From Bacillota bacterium (GTDB taxonomy: Bacteria; Bacillota; SHA-98; Ch115; JABLXJ01), in assembly GCA_013178125.1 (NCBI GenBank), contig JABLXJ010000008.1, positions 78,305 to 142,304 on the forward strand: a stretch of 64,000 nt of DNA. Direction: 5' to 3'. The notes under the pieces were generated by a model that worked only from the letters and a program-made list of their open reading frames with translations, searched no databases and was not told the DNA's origin. This document shows, piece by piece, positions 19,704-30,134 of the stretch. The number at the start of each line of letters is the position of its first letter. The first letter of the stretch is position 1. The position numbers and the translations under genes were made by a program.

Positions 19704-21299
19704 CTATCCGCTTCCACTACCTGCCACGCGCAGGAATGCCAGATCCGGGTCCTCGGGCCCCTGGAACTTCGCCCCCAGCTCCCTGGCCACCGTGAGGAAC
19801 TCGATTACTCCCTGCGTAATCTCCTCCCCCGGGCAGATTACCGCTATCCCGGGTGGGTAAGGCGCAACAATCTCGGCGCTCACGCGCCCGGCAGCTTCAC
19901 GCAGCGGCACAGCCTCGGTTCCGCCAAGACACGCCTGCCTCGGCGGGAGGCGCTGCGGCGGAGTCGTGAATACCTCGCCCATGCGCTGCAGGATTTGAAG
20001 GTATTTGGAGCCGCCGGCGATGCCAGGCACCTCCGTGCCCCTCGCCTCGCTTACGCCCCTTATGGCTTCGATAAGGTGATCTATATCTTCATCCCTATCG
20101 GCTATTGTAACCATGACGAGTAGATTCCATATATCAGCGAACTCGACCTGGACCCCATATCCCTCTCGCAGCAGGCGTCCCGCTTCATACCCGCTCATCC
20201 CGATCTCCCGAGATGAAATTGTAATCTTCGTGGGATCCAGGAGCATTGAGGCGTCGCCAATTCTCGCGACGTCACCGGCCCCTGCGAGATCACCGGCTCT
20301 GGCCGAAGGCGCCGGAAGCTCCAGACACCCCCCGGGAATTATCCCGCTGATCGAGCCACGCGCCCTCTCCGCGAGCTTCACTGCCCTGTCCACGAGCTCC
20401 CGTCCGCATACAGCCATCCGGCGGCGCGCTGCGTCCAGAGAGGCCATTAAGATATAAGACGGGCTCGTAGTCTGCAAAATCCGGAGCGCCTGGCGCAGCC
20501 TGGCCATATCCACACGCCGCCCCTTCACGTGGAGCATCGATGACTGCGTCAACGAGCCGAGGGTCTTATGCGTGCTCTGGACCACAATATCAGCGCCCGC
20601 GCTGAGACCCGGGGGCGGGAGTGCATCATGAAACGCAAAATGCGCCCCGTGAGCCTCATCTACCACTACTATTTTATCATATTGGTGACAGAGGTCGACT
20701 GAATATCTCAGATCTCGCGTGACGCCATAGTAGTTCGGGTTCATGAGCACCACCAGTCTCGCAGAAGGGTGGGCCTTGAGGGCATCGAGAAGGCTCCCAG
20801 GCTCGGGTCCCAGGGGGATGCCGAAAACCGGGTCAATTGCCGCCGGGATATAGACGGGCGAGGCCCCACTCAATATCAGGCCACCGATGGCTGATCGATG
20901 GACATCTCTGGGGAGGATCACCCCGTCGCCGGGACCGCACGCCGCAATTATGGCAGCCTGAATGCCAGCGCTCGTGCCGTTTACAAGGAAGAATGTATGA
21001 TCCGCGCCGAAAAGCTCGCTGGCAAGCTCCTCGGCCATGCGTATGGCCCCCTCGGGTGCGTGAAGGTCGTCGAGGCCGGGGAGCTCGGTGAGATCCATGG
21101 CAAGGACATTCCTGCCAAGGAATCCGGCGAATTCGGGATCGATCCCGCTGGCTGGACCCGGCTCCCGGCCCTGCTTGTGACCGGGCATGTGAAAGGGGGT
21201 TAGACCGAGCCGGATATGCTTCAGGATGGCCTCGAAAAGCGGAGCGGATGCCTGACGCTGACGTGAGGCCCGGCAAACTAAAGTCTGACGATGAGTCAT
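19704..21299 (-). CDS. Orn/Lys/Arg decarboxylase family PLP enzyme (YaaO/SpeA-like)
   Basis: FHMPGHKQG N-terminal motif. PLP-lysine region STHKTLGSLTQSSMLH. 531 aa. Syntenic with B. subtilis yaaO. Confidence 0.85.
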   Translation of the reverse strand: MTHRQTLVCRASRQRQASAPLFEAILKHIRLGLTPFHMPGHKQGREPGPASGIDPEFAGFLGRNVLAMDLTELPGLDDLHAPEGAIRMAEELASELFGADHTFFLVNGTSAGIQAAIIAACGPGDGVILPRDVHRSAIGGLILSGASPVYIPAAIDPVFGIPLGPEPGSLLDALKAHPSARLVVLMNPNYYGVTRDLRYSVDLCHQYDKIVVVDEAHGAHFAFHDALPPPGLSAGADIVVQSTHKTLGSLTQSSMLHVKGRRVDMARLRQALRILQTTSPSYILMASLDAARRRMAVCGRELVDRAVKLAERARGSISGIIPGGCLELPAPSARAGDLAGAGDVARIGDASMLLDPTKITISSREIGMSGYEAGRLLREGYGVQVEFADIWNLLVMVTIADRDEDIDHLIEAIRGVSEARGTEVPGIAGGSKYLQILQRMGEVFTTPPQRLPPRQACLGGTEAVPLREAAGRVSAEIVAPYPPGIAVICPGEEITQGVIEFLTVARELGAKFQGPEDPDLAFLRVAGSGSG

Positions 21300-21575
21300 A
21301 GGTCATTCACGCGGCCCGCTGTCTGGCCTTCTTTCACACCGCCTTCCTTCTGGCCAGGCTTTGCCTTCCTGCTCCTTGCCTTACCCCTGCCTTGCCTCGC
21401 CGACGGTCCAACAAATCCTAAGTCTTGAAGGGCTCAGGAAAGCTCAAAAGCCAGGCATCGCTACCGCTACCTGGCTTCCTCGAGATAACCTCATCCGCGA
21501 TCACAGGGTGCAATACCTGGCATACCTGACCTTACCTTGTATCTAATTGGAATCTGATTGAAGATCGGGTCTGGA

Positions 21576-21917
21576 TCAATATCGCGCCGCGTATCGCGAC
21601 GAACTTCCCCTATTACCGTGGGAATAAGAATTAGAATGCTTGGCATAGCAATCTCTGCAGTACACAGGCCGATCTTCCCTCGGCTGGAATGGAACCTGTG
21701 TCTCGCAACCGCATTCGGCACAGATCGCAGAATACATAACCCGCTCCCGGTTCCTATCCCCGTACCCGCCACGATTCTGCTGCTTACGGGCCCTCCTGCA
21801 ATCCGGGCACCGGCCCGGCTCGTTCGTAAAGCCCTTTTCCGCGTAAAATTGTTGCTCGCTCTCAGTAAAGGTGAATTCAGCTCCGCAGTCTTTACACCGC
21901 AGGATCTTGTCCGCCAA
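21576..21917 (-). CDS. Small zinc-ribbon protein (four CxxC pairs)
   Basis: CKDCG...CPDCRR...CAECGC...CRDCY; 113 aa. Confidence 0.45.
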   Translation of the reverse strand: MADKILRCKDCGAEFTFTESEQQFYAEKGFTNEPGRCPDCRRARKQQNRGGYGDRNRERVMYSAICAECGCETQVPFQPREDRPVYCRDCYAKHSNSYSHGNRGSSSRYAARY

Positions 21918-22030
21918 CCTGATCGCCTCCTTCTTAATTTTGATTTTTGTCGATCAAGTTGGCTCTTGTTCTGAGATCGGACAAGAATCCAAAGACCGCA
22001 AATTAACTATATCAGAGTTAGGCGAGCGCG

Positions 22031-23434
22031 TCAATAGGCGGTCGTTTCTTTTCGTTTCTTTTTTTGCGTCTTCTGCACCCCGCCTCCCGGACCTTCATTA
22101 ACATCATTAACATCAGGCTGAACAGCCATGAGCAAAAGGGCTATAGATAAAAGAGCTCCGCCGGATGCAAGGAGATAAAGATTCGCTGTGCCGATCCTAT
22201 CAACAAGAAAACCACCCCCGAGATTCCCGGCGATCGCTCCCCCTCCAAAGGAAAAAGCCCAGAATACCGCCTGGCCTGTAGTCTTGAGCTCAGGCGGGCT
22301 GACCTCACTCACAAAGACGACGGCAGCACTGTAAAACAGCGCGAAACCCAGACCCTGAACCACCTGCACGAGCAGGATCGGGCCCGGGGTTGGTGACATA
22401 GCATATACGAAAAAACGCAGGGCGTAAGTGGCGCTCGCCCACGTGATTATGGTTCTGGAGGAAGCCCTGGCTATAACCCTGCCGGAGAGCCCGAAGGCCG
22501 GCACCTCGCTCAAGGCTGCAATCAGCTGAGCTGTGCCGATTATCAGTGTACTGGCCCCCATGCGGCTCAGGTGAATGGGGAAAAACGTGCCAACGCTCAT
22601 CGTGGCAGCCTGCAGAATAAAAATCGCGAAGAGAAACCCTATGAAATTCCTATTGACAAGCAAGCGGGTTATTCCGGCGCGACCAGGGCCGCGATCGGCG
22701 CAACATCCATGCCCATGAGGCGGAGGATTCTCATTGCCCTCACGAAGGCAAGGAAAAGGAAGAGGGGCCTGGCCCGGATCCCTCTGTGTCTCCGGCATAA
22801 AGCGGCTTGCAAGGTGGGTCATGAACATGAGGACCGAGTATAAGATAAAAAGGTTCGCAAGAGAGGTGCGCTGCAAGAACCAGCCCGCAAGGGGAACGAC
22901 GAGGGAGAACCCTATTGATCCCCAGAGACGGAGCATCCCATACTCGCCTGTGTTCGAATAATCCTCCAGGTAGCGAAGGCTGATGCTGTCGGCTAGAGGC
23001 ATTATGGGATTTGTGAACACCGAGAAGAGGATCATCATCCATACAAGGGAGTAGAACTCCCGCGCGGTCAGGAAAAAGAGAACCAGCACGGATGCGGCAA
23101 GGGTTGTAAGCATCAAAACCGCGCGACGCCCTCTGAAAACATCGGAAAGCGTGCCCCACACGGTCTGCATGAAGAGGCCGACTGCCGGCGTAATCGCGCT
23201 GATCAAGCCTATCTCCTCTCCGGACAGGCCAATGCCGCGAAAGTAGAGATTGACATAGGGAAAGAATGGCGCCATGGTCGCAAAGAAGAGAAAATAAAAG
23301 AGCTTGCAACTTGTGGCGCCGTCCTGAATCCCGAGCCCCCAGCGAGAAAAAGAGCCAAACACCGGCCCCCGTAGATGTACATTCAAGGGCCTTTGCCACC
23401 TCCGCCAGATCACGCGGCACCGGGGCTTCCACAT
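22031..23434 (-). CDS. MFS transporter (start uncertain)
   Basis: 12-TM-like hydrophobic profile. GxLSDVFGRR-type motif (GTLSDVFRGRR). TM1 begins before the first internal ATG, so a non-ATG start is likely. Confidence 0.7.
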   Translation of the reverse strand: MWKPRCRVIWRRWQRPLNVHLRGPVFGSFSRWGLGIQDGATSCKLFYFLFFATMAPFFPYVNLYFRGIGLSGEEIGLISAITPAVGLFMQTVWGTLSDVFRGRRAVLMLTTLAASVLVLFFLTAREFYSLVWMMILFSVFTNPIMPLADSISLRYLEDYSNTGEYGMLRLWGSIGFSLVVPLAGWFLQRTSLANLFILYSVLMFMTHLASRFMPETQRDPGQAPLPFPCLREGNENPPPHGHGCCADRGPGRAGITRLLVNRNFIGFLFAIFILQAATMSVGTFFPIHLSRMGASTLIIGTAQLIAALSEVPAFGLSGRVIARASSRTIITWASATYALRFFVYAMSPTPGPILLVQVVQGLGFALFYSAAVVFVSEVSPPELKTTGQAVFWAFSFGGGAIAGNLGGGFLVDRIGTANLYLLASGGALLSIALLLMAVQPDVNDVNEGPGGGVQKTQKKKRKETTAY

Positions 23435-23661
23435 TATTGAAGTACGGGAAGGAGACTCCCGGAACGCCCGGTCCCTTTGACACTAGCTTACGATAGAACC
23501 GCCAATTAAGGCAAGTCCCCTTTCCGCCATGGCCCCTTTCCTTCCCAGGTCCTTGCCAATCTCAGCCGGAAACCTGAGAAAATCTCCGGGGAGCACGTCA
23601 GGATATCACCTCACATCTTCTAATATACTCCTAGTCTATAGATCAAGCCGTGGTTCATGCC

Positions 23662-24507
23662 TCAAGATTTGACAGCCCCCGCGGCCAGGCCCTTCACGAG
23701 GTTGCGCTCGGCCATCATAAACAATATGACGATAGGCACAATCCCGATTACCGCCCCGGTCATCAGGTGGTGCCAATTGATCGTCCATAATCTGATGAAA
23801 TTGTATAGACCAACGGTTAGAGGCCTCATCTCCGCCCGCGATATGAATGTCAGGGCAAACATGAATTCATTCCATACGCTGATGAATGTATATATAGCGG
23901 TGGTGACGATCCCAGGTGCAGCTATGGGGATCAAGATCTTTGTTATGGTTTGAACCCTCGAGCACCCGTCAATCAGAGCGGCCTGCTCGATGTCAACCGG
24001 CACGTTATTGAAATAGCTTGATAGCATCCATATGGAGAAGGAGAGCGTAAACACCGTATTGGTAATGATCAGCGACTGGTAGGTATCAAGGAGGCCCCAT
24101 ATAGCCATGAGCTTGAACAGCGGCATGATTATTATCACCGGGGAAAACATCTGGACAACGAGGAACATGTACATGAACATCTTCCTGCCGGCGAAACGCA
24201 GCCTTGATACGGCGTAGGCGGCAGGGACGGCGAGGACGCCGTTCAGAATCGTGCATGTCACCGCAATAAGAAAGCTATTGGATATGTAGCGCCCCAGCGG
24301 GTACTGTTGCCATATCTCGATATAGTTCTTCCAGTAGATAACCTTGGGGATCCAGGTTGGAGGGGTCGAGTATACCTCGCCTACCTGCTTTAGAGAGGTT
24401 GAAAGCATAACAAAGAACGGAAATAGCAATGCAAATAACGCCACCGTGGAAATGACATAGAATGCAATCGCCTGTACCTTTTTCCTAATCGAACCCGAAA
24501 GCTCCAA
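23662..24507 (-). CDS. Sugar ABC transporter permease (MalG/CUT1 type)
   Basis: EAA-loop region IDGCSRVQTITKILIPIAAPG; 281 aa. Confidence 0.85.
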   Translation of the reverse strand: MELSGSIRKKVQAIAFYVISTVALFALLFPFFVMLSTSLKQVGEVYSTPPTWIPKVIYWKNYIEIWQQYPLGRYISNSFLIAVTCTILNGVLAVPAAYAVSRLRFAGRKMFMYMFLVVQMFSPVIIIMPLFKLMAIWGLLDTYQSLIITNTVFTLSFSIWMLSSYFNNVPVDIEQAALIDGCSRVQTITKILIPIAAPGIVTTAIYTFISVWNEFMFALTFISRAEMRPLTVGLYNFIRLWTINWHHLMTGAVIGIVPIVILFMMAERNLVKGLAAGAVKS

Positions 24508-24510
24508 GGA

Positions 24511-25506
24511 CTATCCCTCCTTAAAATATAGCCTCGCATACGCCAGGCTAAATACAAGGAGAACGATGAAAGTGATAAACGCCATGACGGAAGCGTGACT
24601 GAAATCGAGAAACAGGAAAGCTGTCTTATATAGGTAGGTGACCAGAATGTCGGTGGTGTTCATCGGCCCACCCTTAGTGATGATGTATATTACATTAAAA
24701 TCATTAAACGTCCACATTACGGAGAGCAAGGTGGCCACCAGTATAACCGGCCTCAGAAACGGCAGGGTTATATAGGAGAACCGCTGGAACGAGTTAGCCC
24801 CGTCAATCTGAGCTGCCTCATAGTATTCATGTGATATCGCCTGGAGCCCGGCGAGGAACGCCAACGCCATAAATGGTATGCCAAGCCACACATCAACCGT
24901 CAAATTCGCCCAAAAAGCCGTGGTCGGGTTGGCAAGCCAGGCCGGTGGATGGGGGGTAAAGCCCATCTGCTTGAGAAAATGATTCAACAGGCCGAACTGG
25001 CTGTTGAAGGTCCACATCCATATCATCGCCGCTATAGGGACCGGCGCGGCCCATGGTATGACGATCAACGTTCTTATAATGCCGCGTCCCCTGTAATCCT
25101 GGTTGAGGAGGACTCCGAGCCCGAGGCCGGCCAGCGTTTTCAAACTCACGGCTACCACGGTCCAGAAGACTGACCGGGCCAGGACGACCCAGAATGTCCT
25201 GTCAGCAAATAGGGACGAGAAATTCCCAAGCCCTACAAATCGAACCCAATCGCCCATCTTGTTCATCTCAAAGAACGAGGAGAGCAATGTGCTGATGACG
25301 GGGTAAAAGACTATGGCCACCATGGCCAGCAGGGCCGGTCCCATCAGTAAATACGCTATACCCGCTTCCGAATGAGACCGTCCCTTTGATTTTATCTTCA
25401 TATTGTTCATCTTGACTTTTGCACCCCTTACAGTGGGATAGCGGGTTGCCGGATTGCCAGCCCCAGCAATCCGGCAACCCGCCATCCCCCCGGAAGTAAT
25501 CACCAC
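24511..25506 (-). CDS. Sugar ABC transporter permease (MalF/CUT1 type)
   Basis: EAA-loop AAQIDGANSFQRFSYITLPFLRPV. Probable start at the internal MNNMKIK. Confidence 0.85.
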   Translation of the reverse strand: MVITSGGMAGCRIAGAGNPATRYPTVRGAKVKMNNMKIKSKGRSHSEAGIAYLLMGPALLAMVAIVFYPVISTLLSSFFEMNKMGDWVRFVGLGNFSSLFADRTFWVVLARSVFWTVVAVSLKTLAGLGLGVLLNQDYRGRGIIRTLIVIPWAAPVPIAAMIWMWTFNSQFGLLNHFLKQMGFTPHPPAWLANPTTAFWANLTVDVWLGIPFMALAFLAGLQAISHEYYEAAQIDGANSFQRFSYITLPFLRPVILVATLLSVMWTFNDFNVIYIITKGGPMNTTDILVTYLYKTAFLFLDFSHASVMAFITFIVLLVFSLAYARLYFKEG

Positions 25507-25588
25507 CGCTACGCTCTATGGATTAACTAACACCACTATGAACTGACTAATCATCATGGACCAATCTAAGGCCCGATCCATGAATTGA

Positions 25589-26842
25589 CTACTTTCTCCT
25601 GTAGGCATCAATTTCCTTGGCCGCCTCATCCAGCGCCTGCTTCGGCGGCTTTATCTTCAGGAGCGCGGCGCCAACGGCATCCCACAGGACATCCTCCGCC
25701 TTGGCCCATTCGGACATCAAAGGCCATCCCTGAGCCCTCGGGAGCTGGTCTATATAGACCTTGTAGTAGGGCGTCTGGAAGTAGCTCATCGCCCCCACGC
25801 TGGCCCTGACCGGGAGCATGCCGAATGCCTTGTTGAACTCAAGTCTATACTTGTCCTGGTATATGAAATTGAGGTACTTAACCGCCGCCTCCTTATTCTT
25901 GGAGGACTTGAACATCACTATGGAATCCGTCACCATGAGAGTGCTCTGAGGCTTGCCATCGTTGTGAGGCATGGGCGCAACGCCCCACTTCAGGTTTGGA
26001 GCGCGCTCCTGCAGCATGGCGGCAAACCACGGGCCGGTTTCAACCATTGCGAGCTTGCCAGCTATAAACAGGTCCTGGAGAGAGCCCCTATCATTCTCTG
26101 TAACGTTGGGCTCTGTGACCTTGTACTTGTGGACGAGGTCGACCATGAACTGGAGGGCTTCGACACCAGCCTTGTCATTGAATTTGGCCTTGCCATAGCT
26201 GCCATCCGGTTCGATTTCAAAGAAAGAGCCACCGTTGCCATAGAGGTAGTAAACGAACTCCGTGAGCTCTACGAACTTCTTACCCGACACGCCTATCCCG
26301 TAGATCTTGTGTTTGGAAGTCACCTCTTGCGCGACCTTGACAAGCTCGCTCCATGTAGTAGGTGGCTTTGAAATCAAGTCAGAGCGGTAGAAGAGAGTCC
26401 TGGCGCTCATCGCAACCGGCAGCCCGTAAAGCTTGCCCTTGATCCTGGCCTCGAGAGCGCCCGGGTAGAAGCCCTTGATGAACTCCGGCGATAGCCACTT
26501 GTCCAGGGGCTCCAGAACCCCCATGTCGTTGAATTCCAGCACCCACCTGGTCCCGGTGTTTGCTATGTCCGGGGCCTGGCGACCAGCTATCCATGTCACG
26601 AGACGGTCGTGGCCCTCATTCCACGGGAGTATGATGGTCTCTACATCGATATCGGGGTTCTCCTTCTCGAAATCCTGCTCCATGGTCTGGTAAACTGTGT
26701 TGAACCTTGCGTCATAGTCCATCCAGACTACCCGCAGCTTCGTCTTGGCGCTTGCACTTATGGCGAGCGCAAACACCAGACACAACGCAGCCACGAGCAC
26801 CAACCATTTTGACTTCATCATCACATTCATCCTCCTATGCAT
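25589..26842 (-). CDS. ABC transporter extracellular solute-binding protein, family 1 (sugar)
   Basis: Signal peptide plus lipobox-like ALCLVFALAISASA; 417 aa. Operonic with the two permeases. Confidence 0.85.
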   Translation of the reverse strand: MHRRMNVMMKSKWLVLVAALCLVFALAISASAKTKLRVVWMDYDARFNTVYQTMEQDFEKENPDIDVETIILPWNEGHDRLVTWIAGRQAPDIANTGTRWVLEFNDMGVLEPLDKWLSPEFIKGFYPGALEARIKGKLYGLPVAMSARTLFYRSDLISKPPTTWSELVKVAQEVTSKHKIYGIGVSGKKFVELTEFVYYLYGNGGSFFEIEPDGSYGKAKFNDKAGVEALQFMVDLVHKYKVTEPNVTENDRGSLQDLFIAGKLAMVETGPWFAAMLQERAPNLKWGVAPMPHNDGKPQSTLMVTDSIVMFKSSKNKEAAVKYLNFIYQDKYRLEFNKAFGMLPVRASVGAMSYFQTPYYKVYIDQLPRAQGWPLMSEWAKAEDVLWDAVGAALLKIKPPKQALDEAAKEIDAYRRK

Positions 26843-27138
26843 TTTTAGCTATCAGCCTTGACCATCAGCGGCTATCACTAGTCTTCAGTCATCTCAGTCA
26901 TCACTGCTTCGCCTGCTTCCCCCAACCGTATAATCAGGTCGCCACCCCGCTCATTACCACCCCCCCCTATCTGAGACCCCATCAACTCTCCCCGTGTTCC
27001 CCTCAGGTCTGCCTCGTATCGGCCACGGTATAGCCACGCTAACTGCATTGCTACATTACTGCATTAGCTACGTTGACTGCACGGACCTACCCGGATTACA
27101 TAGACTACCGGATCGCATAGGCTAAACCTCGACCACGA

Positions 27139-28167
27139 CTAAACGTTGACTACCGCGCCAGTCTCGACCGAGGTCCTCGCCGCGAGCGCCACCTTCAGCG
27201 CGGTGACCGCATCCTGCGGGGTGACCATCGACGGAGGTGTGTTGGTCTCTATGCATTTGATGAAGTACTCTATCTCAGCGAGATAAGCGTCCCTCGACGG
27301 GACCTCGGGATAGCGGACCTTCTCGCCCCTCTTATGCACCGCCAGGGCCGGCTTTGCCGCCTCGCGGGCCTCTATATTCACCCCGGCCCGGGCCTGGAAG
27401 TCTACGCAGCCTTTCTCGCACACTATCCTCAATATGGTGGTGAAGGGGAAATCCTCGGGCATCATCCAGCCGCCCTCCACATTCGCCGTCCCGCCCGCCT
27501 CATAGGAGATCATCGTCACTATATGATCAAGTGCCCCCTTCTCGGATTTCAGGCCCCTCGCGAAGACCGACATCGGCTTGCCGAGGACCCAGTTCACGTA
27601 ATCCAGGTCGTGAATATGGAGGTCGAGCGCCGCCCCGCCACTCAGCTCGGGCTTGAGAATCCAGTTGTCCGCCGACCAGACGGGCGTTGTGCTCAGCCTG
27701 GCAGCAGCGACCTCTACCGGCCTCCCGAGCTCGCCGCTGTCTATCACCTGCTTGGCCGCCAGGTACTCCGGCCAGAACCGGACCACGTGAGCCACCATGA
27801 ACATAACCCCTGCTTTGCCCGTCGCCTCAACCATCCTCTCAGCCTGCTCGAGGTTGAGTGCTATGGGTTTTTCACAGAGGATGTGCTTGCCGGCCCTGGC
27901 AGCGGCCACGACATATTTCTCATGTAAAAAGGTTGGAAGGCAGACATCAACCACATCAATTGATTCATCTGCAATAAGGTCGTCAGGGTTTGAATAAACA
28001 TTCGCGCCCCCGCACTTGCCTGCAAGGGCGGAAGCCGCCTCTGTATTAACGTCGGCCACAGCCGTTACCGTGGCCCCCTGGAGCTTTGCGTAAGCGTCGA
28101 CGTGCACGCCTGCAATGAAGCCAGCCCCCAGAAGTCCCACTCGAAGAGCCATTCTCTCTCCCTCCAC
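27139..28167 (-). CDS. Gfo/Idh/MocA family NAD(P)-dependent oxidoreductase
   Basis: LRVGLLGAGFIAGVHVDAY Rossmann N-terminus and EKP motif. Confidence 0.85.
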   Translation of the reverse strand: MEGERMALRVGLLGAGFIAGVHVDAYAKLQGATVTAVADVNTEAASALAGKCGGANVYSNPDDLIADESIDVVDVCLPTFLHEKYVVAAARAGKHILCEKPIALNLEQAERMVEATGKAGVMFMVAHVVRFWPEYLAAKQVIDSGELGRPVEVAAARLSTTPVWSADNWILKPELSGGAALDLHIHDLDYVNWVLGKPMSVFARGLKSEKGALDHIVTMISYEAGGTANVEGGWMMPEDFPFTTILRIVCEKGCVDFQARAGVNIEAREAAKPALAVHKRGEKVRYPEVPSRDAYLAEIEYFIKCIETNTPPSMVTPQDAVTALKVALAARTSVETGAVVNV

Positions 28168-28189
28168 ATCCGTTGATTAAGTTGATTAA

Positions 28190-29050
28190 TTAGAGCCCGA
28201 GTATAGCATCCATAGCCCGCGAAGCGTTTGCGAGCCGGACCTCGGGGCAATACCTGTAATGGGGGATCATCTCGGCGATCAGGTAGCCGTCGTATTCGAC
28301 ATCCCTCAAGGCGCTGACGACGGCCGGCCAGTTTACATCCCCCTCCAGCAGGTCGACAAACCCTTCCGCGGTGCCGACGCTCCTCCTAAAATCCTTGAGG
28401 TGGACCTTCTTTATGCGCTTGCCGAGGATCCTTACCCACTGCTCGGGGTAGCCCGTCAGCATTACATTCCCCACATCGAGGTAGGCGCCCAGGTAGGGGC
28501 TCCCTATGGAATCAATAAACTCCCTGAGCTCCAGCGGGCTGAGGAGAAATCTATTCCAGACATTCTCCAGTGCGATGTTGACCCTGGCCTTTTCGGCCGC
28601 CGGCACCAGCTTCTCCATCGCCTCGCGCAGCTTGGCATACGCCACCTCATACGGCACAGGCTTCACTTCCGGCATGAAGAAGACGTCGACGGCCCCTGGT
28701 AACACCAGCAGGGCATCCGCCCCCAGGGCTGATGCAATCTCGAGGCCGCGTTCGACTATGTGCATGGCCTCCCGGCGGACCTCTTCATCGTCATCTGTGA
28801 GCGACTTCTCCCAGAGTAAGCCCGTTGCGACGCTGCAGATATCTATGCCAATGGACTTCGCGTGATCTCTTATGGCCTTCAAGCGCTCCGGCTGGACATC
28901 CACCGGGAGGGCTCCCGACCCGGCAAAGCATAGCTCAACGCCGTCAAACCCCAGCTCCCTGGCCTCATCCAGGCAGCTCATGATATCCTTGCTCCCTTCA
29001 AGCCCTCCCGGGAAGGACCAGTAGTTGATGGCCTTTTTCATTGACTCCAT
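28190..29050 (-). CDS. Sugar phosphate isomerase/epimerase (xylose isomerase-like TIM barrel)
   Basis: AP-endonuclease-2/TIM barrel pattern (GFDGVEL...ALENVWNRF...HLKD). Confidence 0.8.
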   Translation of the reverse strand: MESMKKAINYWSFPGGLEGSKDIMSCLDEARELGFDGVELCFAGSGALPVDVQPERLKAIRDHAKSIGIDICSVATGLLWEKSLTDDDEEVRREAMHIVERGLEIASALGADALLVLPGAVDVFFMPEVKPVPYEVAYAKLREAMEKLVPAAEKARVNIALENVWNRFLLSPLELREFIDSIGSPYLGAYLDVGNVMLTGYPEQWVRILGKRIKKVHLKDFRRSVGTAEGFVDLLEGDVNWPAVVSALRDVEYDGYLIAEMIPHYRYCPEVRLANASRAMDAILGL

Positions 29051-29176
29051 CCCCCCATCGTATCTGCCTGATCTACCTGCTTAATATACCGATCTACTTC
29101 TACCGAATCTACGCACTGCCCGTTTCATTGCCCTTTGTCCTGGCCCAGCCTGCCGCGATGAATCTCTCCTTTCAAC

Positions 29177-30043
29177 TCAACGTCCGGCGTCAATGCTCGA
29201 TATCAGGCTCCGGTATGGCCCGTAGCCCAGGGCTGGCCTCGGGTCGAAATCGATATATAGCTCGATATACCCGTCCCCCGAGTCCCTGCACTGCCGCTCC
29301 TTCCTCGCCTCGAGCAGCCCCTTGATTATCCGCTGCTGGGATTCGAACTTGCTCAGGGCCGAAGCTACCTTCGCCTCGGCAGATGGAGGCGCCTTTATAG
29401 CCCTGTTCGCCCGGATGGAGCTATCGCTACCAGCGACGAGTGCATCCTCGGGCGAGAAATCCCCCCACACGGCATATTCGAGGAAGGACTTGATCCTCAC
29501 CGGCTTCCCCCAGTCCACCAGGATCTCATCCCCCACCTGCGGTCCATCGAATGCGCCGATGCGGCCCACCGACTCGTGGTCGATATGCTCCCGGTAACGG
29601 TTTGGTATAACAAGCCTCGTTATCCCAAGATTACGTAGATTCTTAATAGTCTTGGTAAAACTGCCCTCAGCCCCCCACGGCAACATCCACCCTATGTTAG
29701 GGAGCACGCTGTAATCAGGGTAATCAAATCTAATTAGGTTGCCCTCGCCAAACCCGAGCTCTGCATAGGCCGCCCTGGTCTCGTCCCTTCGCTTCTTGAC
29801 GATGATATCCTTGTCCTCGGGGAAGCTATAGCCTCCATTGCCATTGCAGAATATGAACACAAAGGGCTCACCGCCGCTTTCGGCCACGGCCTGGATAAGG
29901 TAGCCGGCCCCAAGAATAGCGTCGTCGTCGTGGGGTGAGAAGATGGCCACCCTCTCCCCGCCCCTCTCCCAGCCGGGGAAGAGGAGATCGATATCCCCTG
30001 ACTGCGTGGCCCTGCGAAGATCATAGTACCGGAATCCCATCAA
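29177..30043 (-). CDS. PIG-L/LmbE family N-acetylglucosaminyl deacetylase
   Basis: VAIFSPHDDDAILGAG zinc-binding motif and HIDH. Confidence 0.8.
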   Translation of the reverse strand: MMGFRYYDLRRATQSGDIDLLFPGWERGGERVAIFSPHDDDAILGAGYLIQAVAESGGEPFVFIFCNGNGGYSFPEDKDIIVKKRRDETRAAYAELGFGEGNLIRFDYPDYSVLPNIGWMLPWGAEGSFTKTIKNLRNLGITRLVIPNRYREHIDHESVGRIGAFDGPQVGDEILVDWGKPVRIKSFLEYAVWGDFSPEDALVAGSDSSIRANRAIKAPPSAEAKVASALSKFESQQRIIKGLLEARKERQCRDSGDGYIELYIDFDPRPALGYGPYRSLISSIDAGR

Positions 30044-30134
30044 CCCTTAACCTCCCATTCTGATTCAGACCCTCATCCTGATCATTCTGATTCGAACCCT
30101 CAACCTCCGCGTCCTCGATCCGTTGAGCCTGAAA

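Noticed and set aside
22740-23483. 247-aa ORF overlapping the MFS transporter in another frame
   Set aside because: The alternative frame encodes a convincing 12-TM MFS protein. This one is low-complexity.
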